The position numbers and the translations under genes are program-made. From positions 74,353 through 138,352 of the forward strand of contig DATCLO010000207.1 of assembly GCA_036563875.1 (NCBI GenBank): 64,000 bases of DNA. The letters are read 5' to 3'. Below are positions 61,654-64,000 of this stretch, piece after piece. A model generated the notes under the pieces. It saw nothing but the letters and a program-made list of their open reading frames with translations, did no database searches and was not told the DNA's origin. Position 1 is the stretch's first letter. Every line of letters starts with the position of its first letter. The DNA is from Cyclobacteriaceae bacterium. Lineage in GTDB: Bacteria; Bacteroidota; Bacteroidia; Cytophagales; Cyclobacteriaceae.

Positions 61654-61899
61654 CCTTCAAAAAAGTATGCCACTGGCCGTTGGCCCTTAAATTCTGCGAT
61701 TTGACGGCTTCTGGTGGTGCTTAATCTTTAACACTATCCCAAAAAGGGAAGGCTCGTTCCCCAAACAATACTTTGGTCCTTCAGACGTTTAACTGGAGCA
61801 TGTGAATCTTACATTCCGGAATCGCCTGTTCAACCGGAGGTTCTTGGAAAACACGCGCTTATGTAGGTATCTTAGCATTTGTTTTAAAAACTTTTTCAG

Positions 61900-63120
61900 A
61901 TGAGGTATTCATTTAAGAGTCTTTTTTATCTCCTGGGCGGGTCTGTGTTGTTATCGGCCTGTTCACTTTTTGGAGGCGGTGGCAGCAAGCCCACGGCACA
62001 GAATCCTGGCCAGCTCAGCAACGCAACCGGATTAGCGTTTAATGATGAAGATGCGGGGGGATTCATGGTGAAACCCTTTAAGGGGCAGCCGGACGCTCCA
62101 AACATGGTATTTATTGAAGGTGGCCGTGCAGTGATGGGTTCTTTCGAAGAGGATGTGATGTCGTATCGCGACAATCTCGAACGTACGGTTTCGGTAGCCT
62201 CCTTTTACATGGATGAAACTGAAATCGCAAACATCAACTGGCTCGAGTATCTGCACTATCTCGCAAAGGATTCGTCTCAGGAAGTTTACGAAGCTGCTCT
62301 TCCCGACACCACAGTTTGGGTAGGTAAGCTGGCCTTCAATGACCCCTACGTTGACCATTACCTTCGCTATCCTGGTTTCCGTTACTTCCCTGTTGTAGGT
62401 GTAAGCTGGAACCAGGCAAGCAAATACGCGGCATGGCGTACGAACGCCGTGAACAAAGCCCTTGCTGAAGCAGCGGGCGAAGAGTTTGCCGAAACGGACG
62501 GACGCATTCCGCTCGAGTCGGGTATAGTCGTGCCTGCTTTCAGGCTTCCTACAGAAGCTGAATGGGAATACGCAGCTCAGGCTCTCATCGGAACGCAGTG
62601 GGTAGAAGAACTTCAAACCCACCAGCGCATTTATCCCTGGGATGGTCACGCTGTTCGTAACCCGTACGGCAAACAGATGGGCTACATGCTGGCGAACTTC
62701 AAGCGTGGTCGCGGTGACTATGCCGGTATCGCTGGACGCCTGAACGACGGCGCGCTCATCACATCTTATATCTATGAGTTCCCTCCCAACGACTACGGCC
62801 TGTATAACATGGCAGGTAACGTAAGCGAATGGGTTCAGGATATTTACCGTCCGATGTCATACCAGGATTTCGATGACCTGAACCCTATCCGTAGGGATGG
62901 TTTCCTGGATGAAGCAAAGGGATATAACAGTGACTTCGAAAATAATCCGGAAAGCTTTACGTCATTGATCACAGACCGTGCCCGCGTATACAAGGGTGGC
63001 AGCTGGAAGGACGTAGCTTACTGGATGTCGCCTGGTACACGGAGATTCCTCGATCAGGATTCTGCTACTGCCACGATCGGTTTCCGCTGTGCCATGATCC
63101 GCGCAGGATCGAACTACTAG
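61900..63120 (+). CDS. gldJ: FGE-sulfatase/SUMF1-domain lipoprotein of the GldJ/GldK family, probably gliding-motility/T9SS lipoprotein GldJ
   Basis: 406 aa with lipobox LLSAC. TGLAFNDEDAGGFMV...MVFIEGGRAVMGS...SFYMDETEIAN and RVYKGGSW...GFRC are FGE-sulfatase fold motifs, and the N-terminal pattern resembles GldJ as I remember it. It is not followed by gldLMN. Confidence 0.55.
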   Translation: MRYSFKSLFYLLGGSVLLSACSLFGGGGSKPTAQNPGQLSNATGLAFNDEDAGGFMVKPFKGQPDAPNMVFIEGGRAVMGSFEEDVMSYRDNLERTVSVASFYMDETEIANINWLEYLHYLAKDSSQEVYEAALPDTTVWVGKLAFNDPYVDHYLRYPGFRYFPVVGVSWNQASKYAAWRTNAVNKALAEAAGEEFAETDGRIPLESGIVVPAFRLPTEAEWEYAAQALIGTQWVEELQTHQRIYPWDGHAVRNPYGKQMGYMLANFKRGRGDYAGIAGRLNDGALITSYIYEFPPNDYGLYNMAGNVSEWVQDIYRPMSYQDFDDLNPIRRDGFLDEAKGYNSDFENNPESFTSLITDRARVYKGGSWKDVAYWMSPGTRRFLDQDSATATIGFRCAMIRAGSNY

Positions 63121-63155
63121 TCTTCGGAATACCAACTCTGATTCTAATAACAAAA

Positions 63156-63190
63156 GGGCTGCGGGAAACCGCGGCCCTTTCTGTTTGTTG
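63156..63190. terminator. bidirectional rho-independent terminator between gldJ-like and anti-sigma genes
   Basis: Stem GGGCTGCGG (63156-63164) with CCGCGGCCC (63069+100 = 63169-63177) and a GAAA loop. It is followed by TTTCTGTTTGTT on the plus strand, and a T-run follows it on the minus strand as well. Confidence 0.65.
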
Positions 63191-63208
63191 ATAGAGTAGG
63201 TTCTTTTC

Positions 63209-63940
63209 TTATTTGACTTTCCTTAGGAGTTCTCTCGCCTGACCGGTGTAGAATACTTCTCTCTGGCCAAGCTCTTCGAGCACTGTGCGTGCCTTGTCGA
63301 CATTTCCCTGTTTCAGATAACAAAGCCCGAGATACCATTTGGCGGGTGTATCGTATTCGTCGAAATCGCGAATCAAGGTAAGCAGATGCTCTTCAGCGAC
63401 TGAAGTGTTACCCGCGGCGAGGTTTGCATTTGCGCTGAGAAGCAAAACATCCGGATTAGCTTCCTGAACCAGCATTTCGCCAAAGAGACTTGCAGCGGTT
63501 GCATAATCACCGCGGTCGTAATACATGAAGGCTTCTGGTTGCGATAATGTCTCACTTCGCAGCGTTGGCGCAAACGTGTTGCTTACCGGTGTGAAATAAT
63601 CGTTGAACAATTCGTCCGGTGTTTGGCGATTTGGGAATAACCACACAGTCGCGACAGCAAACAGCACTACGGCTGCGGCCGCCGCATAGTACCAGGGTTG
63701 TATTCTGCGGACGGTCCCCTGGCTCGACGCGGAAATGCCCCGTTCGATTTCCTTAAGCAGCTGGAGGTCGCGGCTCAGGCCGGCAGCACGGATGCTGCGA
63801 ATCAGTGCACGTTCGCGATCAAAGACAGCCTTGAATTCGGCGTCGGTCTTCAAGCGCTTGACGACAAGAGCAGACTCTCCTTCGGAGAGCTCGTTGTCAA
63901 AATATCTTTCAACCAGATCGATGTCGTATTCAGTATTCAT
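63209..63940 (-). CDS. anti-sigma-factor-like membrane protein with periplasmic TPR domain
   Basis: 243 aa. The N-terminal helical region is VERYFDNELSEGESALV, the single TM is WYYAAAAAVVLFAVATVWLF, and the C-terminus has TPR-like repeats. It immediately follows a probable ECF sigma gene. Confidence 0.6.
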   Translation of the reverse strand: MNTEYDIDLVERYFDNELSEGESALVVKRLKTDAEFKAVFDRERALIRSIRAAGLSRDLQLLKEIERGISASSQGTVRRIQPWYYAAAAAVVLFAVATVWLFPNRQTPDELFNDYFTPVSNTFAPTLRSETLSQPEAFMYYDRGDYATAASLFGEMLVQEANPDVLLLSANANLAAGNTSVAEEHLLTLIRDFDEYDTPAKWYLGLCYLKQGNVDKARTVLEELGQREVFYTGQARELLRKVK

Positions 63941-64000
63941 GGTTTATGGTAATTGAGGTCCTTTTCATTTCCTCCTCGCAGAGCCTGCGAAGTCGTTTCA
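63930..64000 (-). CDS. probable ECF sigma factor, C-terminal fragment only (5' part outside window)
   Basis: Minus-strand frame reading ...KRLRRLCEEEMKRTSITINHEY* ends 8 nt inside the anti-sigma ORF. Only about 23 codons are visible. An alternative frame ends in an ATGA overlap. Confidence 0.3.
   Translation of the reverse strand, partial: KRLRRLCEEEMKRTSITINHEY

Noticed and set aside
1-64000. CRISPR arrays, rRNA genes, IS elements or transposases, prophage genes, toxin-antitoxin pairs.
   Set aside because: I noticed no regularly spaced direct repeats, no rRNA-like sequence and no transposase, integrase, capsid or terminase-like ORFs while reading the ORF set and the intergenic regions.

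Overview
This 64 kb window reads as ordinary chromosomal DNA from a member of the Bacteroidota. The evidence for that placement is a porG-like/uppS/bamA/skp/skp cluster, a GldJ-like lipoprotein, and many exact TAnnTTTG '-7' promoter boxes with little sign of Shine-Dalgarno sequences. I call about 62 protein-coding genes, two of them truncated at the window edges, plus one tRNA-Phe(GAA). Coding density is very high. Most genes are housekeeping: gpmI, nadC, recX, bamA, uppS, nadK, pdxJ, glyA, tatC, rpiB, rbfA, radA, lptB, recJ, fumC, asd, mfd, scpB and rluB. I see no transposase, integrase, phage genes, CRISPR array, rRNA or recognisable defence island, so I cannot point to one clear novel system. 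The candidates I would look at again are listed here. (1) A tightly coupled YHS / DinB-like / membrane-anchored ATP-grasp / LysE-exporter module at 5768-8487. (2) A tandem pair of DUF3857/transglutaminase-like secreted proteins at 29862-33797, where one copy keeps the Cys/His motif and the other has Ser/Tyr. (3) A secreted glycine-rich repeat protein with its own promoter and internal DNA repeats at 41300-42085. (4) A histone-H1-like Lys/Ala-rich tail fused to a Cys-poor DksA/TraR domain at 52283-53128. (5) A split membrane-bound HdrD/DsrMK-like Fe-S oxidoreductase pair at 47007-49134. (6) Two architectural oddities: four convergent gene pairs whose stop codons abut with zero spacing, and several promoter boxes only 4 nt from the start codon, which implies leaderless mRNAs. 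All family assignments come from motif recognition by eye, with no database search. Start codons were chosen using signal peptides, homologous N-termini and promoter-box positions, and some remain uncertain.
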